Shown: one piece after another, positions 41,830 to 50,231 of the stretch
Layout: every line of letters begins with the position of its first letter
Numbering within the stretch: position 1 is the stretch's first letter
DNA from: Candidatus Microgenomates bacterium
GTDB lineage: Bacteria > Patescibacteriota > Microgenomatia > UBA8517
DNA: 64,000 bases
Direction: 5' to 3'
Assembly (NCBI GenBank): GCA_049519355.1
Contig: JBEKQV010000002.1
Span: 3,479-67,478, forward strand
Position numbers and translations under genes: made by a program
Notes under the pieces: model-generated
What the model was told of the DNA's origin: nothing
Database searches by the model: none
The model's input: only the letters and a program-made list of their open reading frames with translations

Positions 41830-42141
41830 TTACTGTGTGGGGTCAACGGCCTTTTGGTTTATGCCGTTGTCAACCTGCGTGTTTTCACTTCCGAGGCTAT
41901 TGAGATTTGTTGTAACCGAGTTAAGATCATTATTTATTTGTGCGTTGGAGTTTCCGCCTCCGCTGGTTACCACCGGTTGACTTATGGTTCCCGCGGGAGT
42001 TACGGGAACAGTCGGAGCTAGTACCGTGCCCGAGTTTCTCTTTAGGGCAAATGTTCCGATTACAATCGCCGCCAAAATGAGTAGCGCTCCGATTATGTAT
42101 TTTGATATTCCTTTTCCCATATTATTTAAGTCCGGCCACAA
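41830..42141 (-). CDS. small membrane-anchored secreted protein
   Basis: N-terminal TM helix, then a Thr/Ser/Asn-rich region. Overlaps the upstream gene by 20 nt, suggesting an operon. Confidence 0.4.
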   Translation of the reverse strand: MWPDLNNMGKGISKYIIGALLILAAIVIGTFALKRNSGTVLAPTVPVTPAGTISQPVVTSGGGNSNAQINNDLNSVTTNLNSLGSENTQVDNGINQKAVDPTQ

Positions 42142-42844
42142 TCAGCTTAGCGTCAACAACAGCCGCTTTCAAATCACTTGTAGCCGTCTTTATTTTTGTC
42201 CTTGCGTCTTTAAGCGGAGTTGCCGAGCCGGGATAACTGGAAGGCGTAAGATTCACAATTTCGTTTAATGCAGCAGTCGCTTGCGACTGAGCGTCAGAAA
42301 TCTTTGCGTTCATATCATTCAAAAATCCCTGCAGATCGGAAACACTTTTTCCGCTTGTTTGTAAGGCGGTTATTCTTGTCTGGAGTTTTCCGGCGATGGC
42401 CGTCAAATTTGTTGCCGCGGTTTGGATAATGTCGGTTGAAATAATTTCATGAATTTGAGGAAGAAATACCGCATAAACCCTGTAATCGGTAAAAAGCGAT
42501 TTGGCATCCGCCGTAAGTGTCGGCAAATCGGAATCCGCATCAATTTTGGTCTTGAGCGCACTTAAATTTGTAATATCGGTTTGGACTTCCGTTGTGAATG
42601 TATTTTTTTGATCATCAGTCAACCTTTTAACCGCTCCGATTCTTGTTATGGCTTCATTAAGGGAATTAAGTCTGGCGGTGATTTCACCATCAGCACGGGT
42701 TTTAATAATCGTCATTCTGGCCCCGGAAAGGAGTCCCGCTTTTGTCGCCGTAGTCGGAGATTGTGAAAAAACTCTTGTATTAAAAGAAGCGATAGATCCG
42801 AGTGCAATAAAACTTGCGGCCAGTAATTTAATATTCATTTCCAA
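42122..42844 (-). CDS. secreted alpha-helical hypothetical protein (signal peptide)
   Basis: Signal peptide followed by a low-complexity helical T/A/L/K-rich sequence. No family confidently recognised. Confidence 0.5.
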   Translation of the reverse strand: MEMNIKLLAASFIALGSIASFNTRVFSQSPTTATKAGLLSGARMTIIKTRADGEITARLNSLNEAITRIGAVKRLTDDQKNTFTTEVQTDITNLSALKTKIDADSDLPTLTADAKSLFTDYRVYAVFLPQIHEIISTDIIQTAATNLTAIAGKLQTRITALQTSGKSVSDLQGFLNDMNAKISDAQSQATAALNEIVNLTPSSYPGSATPLKDARTKIKTATSDLKAAVVDAKLIVAGLK

Positions 42845-42939
42845 TATTTAGATTAGCACATGACGTCAAACGGTTCAACTTTGGTGAAATTGCAAATTGA
42901 CAGTCAATAAAAAATGTGTAAAGTGGAAAAAAATAACTT

Positions 42940-43161
42940 ATGCCGCATCTTGAAAGAGAAGGATCAATTGTTGATGGTACCGAACACAAAACGGGAGACA
43001 ACAAGTCGGCCGCCGCGCAAAGAGCGCATGCACTTCTGAGGGAGCACCCGGATATGTATGATGAAGTTGCGGATGCTAAAGGTCCGGCCTGTCCGAGCAA
43101 GAAACGTACCATTGTGATAAATCTTCCCAGATACGTTACCAAGGACATAGTCATTAGGTAA
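42940..43161 (+). CDS. hypothetical protein
   Basis: TTGACA-N17-TAAAGT promoter-like sequence about 40 nt upstream supports + strand expression. No family recognised. Confidence 0.35.
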   Translation: MPHLEREGSIVDGTEHKTGDNKSAAAQRAHALLREHPDMYDEVADAKGPACPSKKRTIVINLPRYVTKDIVIR

Positions 43162-43190
43162 CCAAATCCCGTAAGTGGTAAAATACCTTC

Positions 43191-43529
43191 ATGCCTGAAA
43201 TTGAAGTCACAACCGATAGCGCCAACCGCGCCACATTCAAATTTAATATCTTGCTCGGGGAGAGCTCCATGGGACTTACTAAAACAAACATGCGGGTTTC
43301 AACGGCGATGTCATATATCAGTAGTTTCAGACGTACCGAAAGTGTTCTCGGCGCGCAGGGATATAGACAGAAAGCGGAGGCGACTCTTGCCCGGATTATG
43401 CCCGCAGAAAGAGCTAATGAAATGATAGAGGCGGTAATAAACAACGCCGTCGGTACAAAGGCAACAATTGTTATGCGCGGCGAGACGGAAGAGCAAGGAT
43501 TTATTTTTAAGAGTCTCGAAAGGCCTTAG
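43191..43529 (+). CDS. hypothetical protein
   Basis: 112-aa ORF following the previous gene. Antisense ORFs also exist; the + strand is preferred because of the promoter and composition. Confidence 0.35.
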   Translation: MPEIEVTTDSANRATFKFNILLGESSMGLTKTNMRVSTAMSYISSFRRTESVLGAQGYRQKAEATLARIMPAERANEMIEAVINNAVGTKATIVMRGETEEQGFIFKSLERP

Positions 43530-43532
43530 GCG

Positions 43533-44051
43533 ATGAAAAATTTTCTTCTTTCTGTTCTTTTTCTTATTCTCTTCGGTGAAGTTCTGACTTTATATATAAT
43601 GCATAGCAACGCGTCCCCAAAAAAAGTTTTGGGTGAAACGACAGTTGAGGTTTCTCCTTCGCCGGCTCTAATGCCGACGGAATCTCCTTCGCCTACGCCT
43701 TCCCCCACTCCAAAACCTACTCCCAAACCAACCCCCACCCCCATTCCCCAACCCACATTCACCTCACAGCAAATTAACGGATTTATTGACCAATTTTCAA
43801 GTCAATATGAAATAGATCCGAACGTTGTTAGGCATATTGCACTTTGTGAATCGAGTTTTAACGCCTTTGCCCGTCAGGGAGTTTATGCGGGACTTTTTCA
43901 ATTCGGTCCGGCTACTTGGAGAAGCATTAGGGCCGAAATGGGACTTTCCACCAATATCAACTTGCGCTATAATGCAGAAGAAGCCGTGCGGACCGCTGCG
44001 TACGCCATCAGTCTTGGCGAGCGCTTCAAGTGGCCCAATTGTAATCCGTAA
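43533..44051 (+). CDS. secreted Rpf-like transglycosylase-like domain protein with Pro/Thr-rich linker
   Basis: Signal peptide, SPSPTPSPTPKPTPKPTPTP linker, and a C-terminal ALCESSFNAFARQGVYAGLFQFGPATW that matches the transglycosylase-like (Rpf) domain signature [A]QCES....GYYGGLQF...TW. Confidence 0.6.
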   Translation: MKNFLLSVLFLILFGEVLTLYIMHSNASPKKVLGETTVEVSPSPALMPTESPSPTPSPTPKPTPKPTPTPIPQPTFTSQQINGFIDQFSSQYEIDPNVVRHIALCESSFNAFARQGVYAGLFQFGPATWRSIRAEMGLSTNINLRYNAEEAVRTAAYAISLGERFKWPNCNP

Positions 44052-44069
44052 GGTCTCACCTTCGTCATT

Positions 44070-44264
44070 TTGAAACTAATTGGTAAAAGTGTAGGATCAG
44101 AAAAGGGGGTGAGGATTATGACACAAAAGACAGAATACCACCTTGGTCAGTGGGATTTAGTTGGATATTACATTTCCGTTGTATTTTCGCTCGGTGGAAC
44201 ATGGATTTTAAAAACAATCATCGCGAAGGCAATAACCGATGCATTGAAAAATCAGGGAGAATAA
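44070..44264 (+). CDS. small membrane protein (hypothetical)
   Basis: 64-aa ORF with one predicted TM helix. Confidence 0.3.
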   Translation: MKLIGKSVGSEKGVRIMTQKTEYHLGQWDLVGYYISVVFSLGGTWILKTIIAKAITDALKNQGE

Positions 44265-44293
44265 TAATTTTTTTGCGAAAGATAAATGTCAAC

Positions 44294-44560
44294 TTAAATC
44301 TTCCAAATCGTGAGGAGCTTGAAGACTGTAAACGCGGGCCAGACAATGGCTCTTAATATTCCCCAAAGATAATCTTTGAAAGTCACTGCGTGCTGAAGGA
44401 AATAAAACAGTGCGCCTATAAACCCAAATCCGTAGAGTGCTCCCCCGCCGCCACCTCCCCCATGGTAGTGATGATGATGGTGGCGGTCTTTGCAATCATC
44501 ACAATCGCAATCCTTGCAATCGCAGTGTTTGTTTTCCTTTTCCGTCTCGTCCTTGTTCAT
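44294..44560 (-). CDS. Cys/His/Gly-rich membrane peptide, putative metal-binding
   Basis: HCDCKDCDCDDCKDRHHHHHYHGGGGGGG followed by two hydrophobic helices. 88 aa. Confidence 0.45.
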   Translation of the reverse strand: MNKDETEKENKHCDCKDCDCDDCKDRHHHHHYHGGGGGGGALYGFGFIGALFYFLQHAVTFKDYLWGILRAIVWPAFTVFKLLTIWKI

Positions 44561-44626
44561 ATTTATACTCTACAACTAAATATCAAGATATTCAAATAAT
44601 GTTCGGTTGTGCTAATATAGCGCCAA

Positions 44627-45058
44627 ATGGCAGTAGAAAATGAAGCGGATAAAAACAATGAGGTTATTGAGATACTTCTTAATGAACTCGGCGTCAGAAG
44701 AAGTACGACTACAGAGAGTTGGGATGTGGAGGAAGATTCGTTAAGAAATGCCGAACGCGCACATTTTGCTCTGGGCAGGTTGGTGGCACGGGATCCCGGA
44801 AAGCTTCCGGAGGTAATTAATGGGCTAGTCAAAAAGGCCGAATATTTTGAATCAATAAAATATATAGAAGACAAAAGCGAAAGGTGGGTTGATGCAGCTT
44901 TGTCCTTAAAAATTTTGACGAGTGTCGTACTTGGAATTGGGGAACCCGCACTTCCTCTTCTTTCGGGGAAGAAAGAAAAGACTGCAAAATCTCTGGCCCG
45001 AAAGCTCCGGAATGAAATCAGAACCGAGAAGATCCGCAAGTTCTTCGGAGGACAATAA
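44627..45058 (+). CDS. hypothetical protein
   Basis: 143-aa charged helical protein. Contains an R-x5-H segment (RNAERAH). No firm family. Confidence 0.4.
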   Translation: MAVENEADKNNEVIEILLNELGVRRSTTTESWDVEEDSLRNAERAHFALGRLVARDPGKLPEVINGLVKKAEYFESIKYIEDKSERWVDAALSLKILTSVVLGIGEPALPLLSGKKEKTAKSLARKLRNEIRTEKIRKFFGGQ

Positions 45059-45066
45059 ATTATTTA

Positions 45067-45345
45067 ATGCCTGAGCAAAAGTTCAACAGAAAAACTGATG
45101 CGGAAAAACTTGCCGCAATAAATGAGTTGTATAAAACTCCTGTACAAACCGAGGCGGGTGAACTTTGGCGCCTGGTAAGAGGACTAAAAATGATGAAGGA
45201 CCTTAATGTCTCATTCGAAGGCCGCGGAATGGATGAGGAGAAATGGAATGCCTACTTTCAAGAAAAATCCGAAGAACTAAGAAAAAAGTCCCCGGTTCTT
45301 TACGACAATCTATTTAAAGAACCAATAGACGAAGCCGATGGCTAA
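45067..45345 (+). CDS. hypothetical protein
   Basis: 92-aa acidic protein immediately after the previous gene. Confidence 0.4.
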   Translation: MPEQKFNRKTDAEKLAAINELYKTPVQTEAGELWRLVRGLKMMKDLNVSFEGRGMDEEKWNAYFQEKSEELRKKSPVLYDNLFKEPIDEADG

Positions 45346-45474
45346 AAGGGCAAAAATGGTTCCAATGACAAGAGAAGAAATTGATAAAAAACCAGCTCCC
45401 CAAAGAGTCGGAATTAATCCTCCGACTACCGATCCGATTACCGCTGCCGCGTAGTAGGCACCTTTGGAATGCAT
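45310..45474 (-). CDS. GlsB/YeaQ/YmgE-family-like small membrane protein (54 aa, not in ORF track)
   Basis: Manual translation gives MHSKGAYYAAAVIGSVVGGLIPTLWGAGFLSISSLVIGTIFALLAIGFVYWFFK. The Gly-zipper two-helix pattern resembles the transglycosylase-associated/YeaQ family. Convergently overlaps the 45067 gene by 36 nt. Confidence 0.35.
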   Translation of the reverse strand: MHSKGAYYAAAVIGSVVGGLIPTLWGAGFLSISSLVIGTIFALLAIGFVYWFFK

Positions 45475-45506
45475 GATTTATTTTAACAGAGTTGTATAAT
45501 TCGGGT

Positions 45507-45665
45507 ATGGCAATTAACCGGGAGTGGCATTTGAAGAATAGAATGCCAAAAAATCCGACCGAAGAAGAAAGGGCAAGGTGGCATGAAGCTCATATCGAAA
45601 ACTGTAATTGCTACCCCGTAACTGCGAATATTAAGAATCTTGTTGCCAAATTTGACAAGGGGTAA
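45507..45665 (+). CDS. small hypothetical protein (52 aa, not in ORF track) with His/Cys motif
   Basis: MAINREWHLKNRMPKNPTEEERARWHEAHIENCNCYPVTANIKNLVAKFDKG. A TATAAT element sits 7 nt upstream of the ATG. Confidence 0.3.
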   Translation: MAINREWHLKNRMPKNPTEEERARWHEAHIENCNCYPVTANIKNLVAKFDKG

Positions 45666-45678
45666 TATACTTTTCCCA

Positions 45679-46320
45679 GTGAATAAGAAAATATTAATTG
45701 CAATAGTTGCGATATTAGTTATTGCCGTAGGAGGTTACGGTATTTATAGAGTCGTTAAACACTTCAATAGGGTTGCATCAACCCCGGCCGTTCAAACACA
45801 AACCGCGGCAAACACTCCTACACAAAGCCTCAGAGATCTAATCGCACAAGGTGTTTCCCAAAGCTGTACCTACAGCACCGAAAATAGTCACGGAATGATT
45901 TATTTGGGTGGAGGAAAAATCAGGGGAGATTTTGTCGTACCGGGAGTACAGCAAAACGGCCAGCCGACAAATGCGCACATGATTATCATGAATAACATGA
46001 ATTATCTTTGGACCGACGGAATAAAAACCGGAATGAAAGTGGCTTTTGATGAAAATGCCACGCCAAACCCGCAGGCCACGCCAAACACAAATTTTGATGC
46101 AAATGCCAAATTAAATTTTAAATGCAGTCCTTGGGTAGTGGATGCAACCATGTTTACGCTTCCGACCGGAATCAGTTTTATGACGGTTAGTGCACCGGCC
46201 GCCCCAACTTCGGGATCTCCCGCAAGTTCATCCGGATCAAGTACTTCAGCCTGTTCGTATTGCAATGCTCTTTCGGGAGATAAGAAGACGCAGTGTCTCA
46301 CAGCTTTGAACTGTCAGTAA
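45679..46320 (+). CDS. secreted hypothetical protein (signal anchor)
   Basis: A GTG start at 45679 gives MNKKILIAIVAILVIAVGGYG and avoids overlap with the upstream small ORF. C-terminal Ser-rich segment and conserved Cys. Confidence 0.5.
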   Translation: MNKKILIAIVAILVIAVGGYGIYRVVKHFNRVASTPAVQTQTAANTPTQSLRDLIAQGVSQSCTYSTENSHGMIYLGGGKIRGDFVVPGVQQNGQPTNAHMIIMNNMNYLWTDGIKTGMKVAFDENATPNPQATPNTNFDANAKLNFKCSPWVVDATMFTLPTGISFMTVSAPAAPTSGSPASSSGSSTSACSYCNALSGDKKTQCLTALNCQ

Positions 46321-46354
46321 TCTTCAGGTATAATTACATCTGTTATTGGTACAT

Positions 46355-46428
46355 GGACGCTTAGCTCAGTTGGTCAGAGCGCATTCTTGACGTGAATGAG
46401 GTCGAGGGTTCGAGCCCCCCAGCGTCCA
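46355..46428 (+). tRNA. tRNA-Val (anticodon GAC)
   Basis: Manual fold gives acceptor GGACGCU/AGCGUCC, D-arm GCUC-AGUUGGUCA-GAGC, anticodon loop UUGACGU, T-loop UUCGAGC, and A73. Confidence 0.85.
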
Positions 46429-46467
46429 CTCTTCAAATACTCATTTTGGTGGTAAAATCCGCTACAT

Positions 46468-47211
46468 ATGGTCGAAAGAGTTTTGCCGATAGATTTACTG
46501 ATCGGCTGGTTTAAAAGAAACGAGATAAAAGGAGCTCTTGTCGACCTTGATGACACACTTCTTGACACAAACGCTCATTTTGGCAAGTGGATAGACCGGT
46601 ATGTTTCTGCGGTAGTTGAGAAAAACCCAAATTTGGATTGGCGAGAGGTCATGGCAAAGCTGGTGGAAACAAATAACAGGCTTTACGAAACGGAATCCGT
46701 GCGCAGGAGAAAGTTGGCGATGGTTGCGAAAGAACTTGATAATGTCTTCGGCACTTACCCGACTTTTGTCAAACATGCGGATATAGTTGGTCAAATATAC
46801 CGTAAAGTTCCTCTGGAGTTGGAAGGTGCCCGGCAAACTCTTGAGATGTTCAGAGCCGCCGGAATACAGATGGGGCTGGTTACCCATGCCAATAGAGGTT
46901 GGACCGAAAAGAAGTTGTATGAACATAATTTAAATCATTTTTTTTCGCATGTTGTGATTGTTGATGAGGCCAAATTTAAAGGTCCGAAAGACTGGCTGAC
47001 GGCCGCAAAATCTTTACGTTTAGACCCGGAGGAAATCTTATTTATAGGGGATAACTTGAGGGGCGATATTATGGCCGCTTATGAAATCGGAGCCAGACGT
47101 GTAGTTTGGATCGAGTCCCCCTGGTCGGTATATAGGGAAGGTGAAGTCCCTGAGGGTGTCATACAGGTTAAAAGTATAAAAGAAGTGATACCGGCCTTAA
47201 TTAACGGATAA
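46468..47211 (+). CDS. HAD-superfamily hydrolase
   Basis: Motif I DLDDTLLDT and motif IV IGDNLRGDIMAA. Confidence 0.7.
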   Translation: MVERVLPIDLLIGWFKRNEIKGALVDLDDTLLDTNAHFGKWIDRYVSAVVEKNPNLDWREVMAKLVETNNRLYETESVRRRKLAMVAKELDNVFGTYPTFVKHADIVGQIYRKVPLELEGARQTLEMFRAAGIQMGLVTHANRGWTEKKLYEHNLNHFFSHVVIVDEAKFKGPKDWLTAAKSLRLDPEEILFIGDNLRGDIMAAYEIGARRVVWIESPWSVYREGEVPEGVIQVKSIKEVIPALING

Positions 47212-47841
47212 TTATCCTGCCGATCTTGAAAGGTAATGGTCCGGAGACAAAAGGAAGCTGCTTCCTTTCTTTTTATATGTGTTCCAGTAATTTTTCTTCT
47301 CGGCCCGTTTATTTGAGCTTTGAAGCCAGGTAGCTGCTAAATCGATTTTTCTTCTGAAAGACTGTAAGAATTCCAAAACATTTTGGAAGAATAGTACATG
47401 GTAGATTCCGGGTTCCGTAGGCGCCGACATCATGGCAACTTGAGTCACCTCGGCCAGATTTTCCGTACTTTGAGAAACTTTTTGAACTTCTTGCATCAAG
47501 GCCTGAAGCTGGACCCTAAGCTCGTTGCTTTTTTCCGAATTAACCCGTTTTTCATCAGTAGAAAGATGCCTTTCTAGAGAAATTTGTGCTCTTAACTTTT
47601 TATTTTCCTCTTCTTTACCGCTTAATACCTGACTAATTTCGAGTGATTCTCCCGGAGAAATTTCGCCGCTCCTTTTTACATTGGGAGCCGAAAAGCCCAT
47701 TAGCTCTCTGAAAAAATCCTCGGAAGTGTCTTTAAGGAGATCCCCTGTTTGGGCAACGGTTCCCGTTCCCAAGTCTTTGAGGGATTCAAGCACGTTCTGC
47801 TTAGTAATAATTTGCTGAGCCTTCTTCTTTTGGTCCGTCAT
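47212..47841 (-). CDS. hypothetical coiled-coil protein
   Basis: 209-aa charged helical ORF. No family recognised. Confidence 0.45.
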   Translation of the reverse strand: MTDQKKKAQQIITKQNVLESLKDLGTGTVAQTGDLLKDTSEDFFRELMGFSAPNVKRSGEISPGESLEISQVLSGKEEENKKLRAQISLERHLSTDEKRVNSEKSNELRVQLQALMQEVQKVSQSTENLAEVTQVAMMSAPTEPGIYHVLFFQNVLEFLQSFRRKIDLAATWLQSSNKRAEKKNYWNTYKKKGSSFLLSPDHYLSRSAG

Positions 47842-47851
47842 TTCGCCGATT

Positions 47852-48733
47852 CTAGCTCAACTTTATCAGGAAGTCCAGCGCGGCGCGCCTCTTAAGAATT
47901 GACTCAAGAAGGCGTTTGCGGCTTTCAATATCTTCGGGAGCCTCTTCTTTTACTTGGGCTGCCGATTGGGACATTCCCAGTGCCGAGTCAACTTCCTTAG
48001 GATCGATTTTTATTCCTTCGGCCTCCGCAATTTTACTTAAAATCAGGTCAAGTGAGATTGCATCTTGTGCTTGTCTGGCATAATCGGCTCTAAGATCCTC
48101 AGGTTTTTTGCCGATTGAGGACAAATAACCCTCCAGCGCAAGCCCAAGCTTTTCGAGCCGGCTCAAAAGATTTGAAAGGCGTGAGTCTGCCTCATCCTCG
48201 ATTAGGATTCTAGGAATCTTGATTTTTACCGTTTCGAGCAAGGTTTTAACAACAACCTGCTCCTTTTCTTCGTTTGTAGGTTCTTTCTTTTCGGTAGGGG
48301 CGCCCTTGTCGGGAGTCCAGAGGTTTGATGCACGGGAAGCGCCCTCAACCGCCTTTTTGTAATCGCCAAGTATCACTTCCGGAAGCTCACAGGTTATCCC
48401 CCTGATTTGCCAAGATTCGTTTTCCTTAGCGCTTATGAGTTCAAATTTTGGGTAAACGGCGATTTTGAGTTTATTTTCGCTGATTGCTTCCGATAATGCC
48501 TTGGAGAGAATGTGACTTAAGGAACGTTCAATAAGCTGGCTCTGGGAAATTTTTTCCGCAACTTTACCCAGAGGCGCCATTCCTTTGCGGAAACCCGGAA
48601 TTTCGGTATCCTTTGCAAACTCTTTTACGGTTTCGTCCTCCGCGGCCTTAACTATCTGAAAAGGGATAGTAAAAGTGATCTGGATGTTTCCGTCGTCTTC
48701 ACGGGCTATAATTGAGGTAATTTTATCGGCCAT
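47852..48733 (-). CDS. tig: trigger factor, truncated form
   Basis: N-terminal ribosome-binding domain with GFRKGMAPLGKV, the trigger-factor signature GFRxGxxP. Only 293 aa. Confidence 0.6.
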   Translation of the reverse strand: MADKITSIIAREDDGNIQITFTIPFQIVKAAEDETVKEFAKDTEIPGFRKGMAPLGKVAEKISQSQLIERSLSHILSKALSEAISENKLKIAVYPKFELISAKENESWQIRGITCELPEVILGDYKKAVEGASRASNLWTPDKGAPTEKKEPTNEEKEQVVVKTLLETVKIKIPRILIEDEADSRLSNLLSRLEKLGLALEGYLSSIGKKPEDLRADYARQAQDAISLDLILSKIAEAEGIKIDPKEVDSALGMSQSAAQVKEEAPEDIESRKRLLESILKRRAALDFLIKLS

Positions 48734-48745
48734 GTGGCAATTATA

Positions 48746-49006
48746 CTACTTTCCCCCGCTTGTGCCACCCTTATGTTGCGTATGAAACGTGGATTGGTTG
48801 AACCTGCCCGTTTGGGCCGACTTGGGCATGGCATTCTTGTTTGACGAGAAAATCGACGGCCTCTTAAAGTTAAGACTTAAGGTCGGAATTTTGGGCGGTT
48901 CCGTGACTTTGATGGGCTTATCCGCAGGAAAAGCTTGCTTATTTGCCATTTGACAATAATTATTATATACTACTTTCAGAGTTTTCAAGGGATAGTTGGG
49001 CTTCAA
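48746..49006 (-). CDS. hypothetical protein
   Basis: 86-aa ORF downstream of tig. Basic C-terminus. Confidence 0.3.
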   Translation of the reverse strand: MKPNYPLKTLKVVYNNYCQMANKQAFPADKPIKVTEPPKIPTLSLNFKRPSIFSSNKNAMPKSAQTGRFNQSTFHTQHKGGTSGGK

Positions 49007-49063
49007 ACTAAGCTCCGCCTTTGTTCAGACTTCAATCGAGAGGAGGTGAAATTTTAATTTACA

Positions 49064-49324
49064 ATGCAATCTAAACTTTTTATAGGAAATTTGGCGTGGG
49101 AAGTAACCGCCGATGATCTTAAAGCTCTTTTTGCCGGTGCAGGAACAGTAGTCGATGCAGCCGTCATAAGCGATAAGATGACCGGAAGAAGCCGCGGATT
49201 TGGTTTTATAACCATGTCAAGCGACGATGAGGCCAAAAAAGCTATCGAAATGTTCAATCAATACGATCTTAAAGGCCGCAAATTGAATGTTAACGTAGCC
49301 AGACCGATGGAACCAAGACAATAA
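49064..49324 (+). CDS. RRM-domain RNA-binding protein
   Basis: RNP-2 LFIGNL and RNP-1 RGFGFITM motifs. Confidence 0.85.
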   Translation: MQSKLFIGNLAWEVTADDLKALFAGAGTVVDAAVISDKMTGRSRGFGFITMSSDDEAKKAIEMFNQYDLKGRKLNVNVARPMEPRQ

Positions 49325-49330
49325 AAGTCG

Positions 49331-50227
49331 TTGGTTTCGGAAGATAGAGATAAAACAGCCGGTTCGGCGGATTTTGAAAGAGTTACTATCTTTTTATTTG
49401 GTACTTCATTTGATCTTCATGTTAGAATCACCCGAATGATTGAAAGTATGGAAATTAGGGACCGGATTATGTCCTCGTGGTTTGATAGACGAGTCGCGCG
49501 GTGGGTTATTTCAAGACTTCCGCTTCTGGAATTGGCAGGGACTCGCCCTGAATGTTCCATTTTTCAGATTGAGGGTACCGTTTTGCAACAAACAAATCCC
49601 TCAAAATGCGACGGCTCCGGAATTGTCGATAGACAAAAACTCGTAATTTCCGGCGGATTTGAGGGAACCAAAGGTCACATTCTTGCGTTAAAAGAGATGC
49701 ATGAAGTACGTATTTTGGATAATAGATTAGATGGCGCCCGTGTAGTTTTGTTGCTTGAACCTGATAGTTATATTAAGAAAATTAAACACAGGGAGCCTTT
49801 AGTTGCTTTGTCTCAAAGGGTAAACCTGTGGGCGACTTCGGGACTTGTGGATGCTGTTTTTGTAGCACCGGAATTATCAGATACAGAAAATATGCCTGCA
49901 AGATATGAACGTATTCACAAGGCCATAAGCCCGGCATTATGGTGTACAAATGTTGAAAATCCTCATTTTAAGGAAATTATTTCGCGTGGTGATGAAGTGA
50001 GTTACGGTTTGGTTAGACTGTTTATACACGAACCTTGGCCACATATATCATTTCTTACGGGAACTCGGGAGATGTCGGCTGAAGACGTCCGTGCGTCGCT
50101 TAGAAGATACATAGCTGGTTTAGTGGCAAACGGAGCAGGAAGATTTCAAATCCCCCATAACTTTTCGGAGGACGAACTGGAGGAAATAGTTGAACCTTAT
50201 TATCGGAAGTCGTCGAAGGGTTTGTAA
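49331..50227 (+). CDS. cytidylyltransferase-like nucleotidyltransferase-fold protein (degenerate HxGH)
   Basis: VISGGFEGTKGHILAL aligns to the GxFDxxHxGH motif with His replaced by Lys. The downstream R....L..SGLVDAVFV resembles the RfaE-II/TagD C-terminal motif. The real start is probably an internal Met. Confidence 0.4.
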   Translation: MVSEDRDKTAGSADFERVTIFLFGTSFDLHVRITRMIESMEIRDRIMSSWFDRRVARWVISRLPLLELAGTRPECSIFQIEGTVLQQTNPSKCDGSGIVDRQKLVISGGFEGTKGHILALKEMHEVRILDNRLDGARVVLLLEPDSYIKKIKHREPLVALSQRVNLWATSGLVDAVFVAPELSDTENMPARYERIHKAISPALWCTNVENPHFKEIISRGDEVSYGLVRLFIHEPWPHISFLTGTREMSAEDVRASLRRYIAGLVANGAGRFQIPHNFSEDELEEIVEPYYRKSSKGL

Positions 50228-50231
50228 CTGC

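Noticed and set aside
43526-43762. Minus-strand ORF rich in GVGVG repeats
   Set aside because: This is the antisense image of the Pro/Thr-rich linker (SPTPSPTPKPTP) of the + strand Rpf-like gene, not a real gene.
46374-46568. 64-aa minus-strand ORF
   Set aside because: It overlaps tRNA-Val(GAC) and the 5' end of the HAD hydrolase gene, and is an artefact.
47243-47275. Terminator-like hairpin AAAGGAAGC-UGC-UUCCUUU followed by a U-run after the HAD gene
   Set aside because: It lies inside the 3' coding end of the minus-strand ORF 47212..47841, so it cannot be called a clean intrinsic terminator without transcript data.
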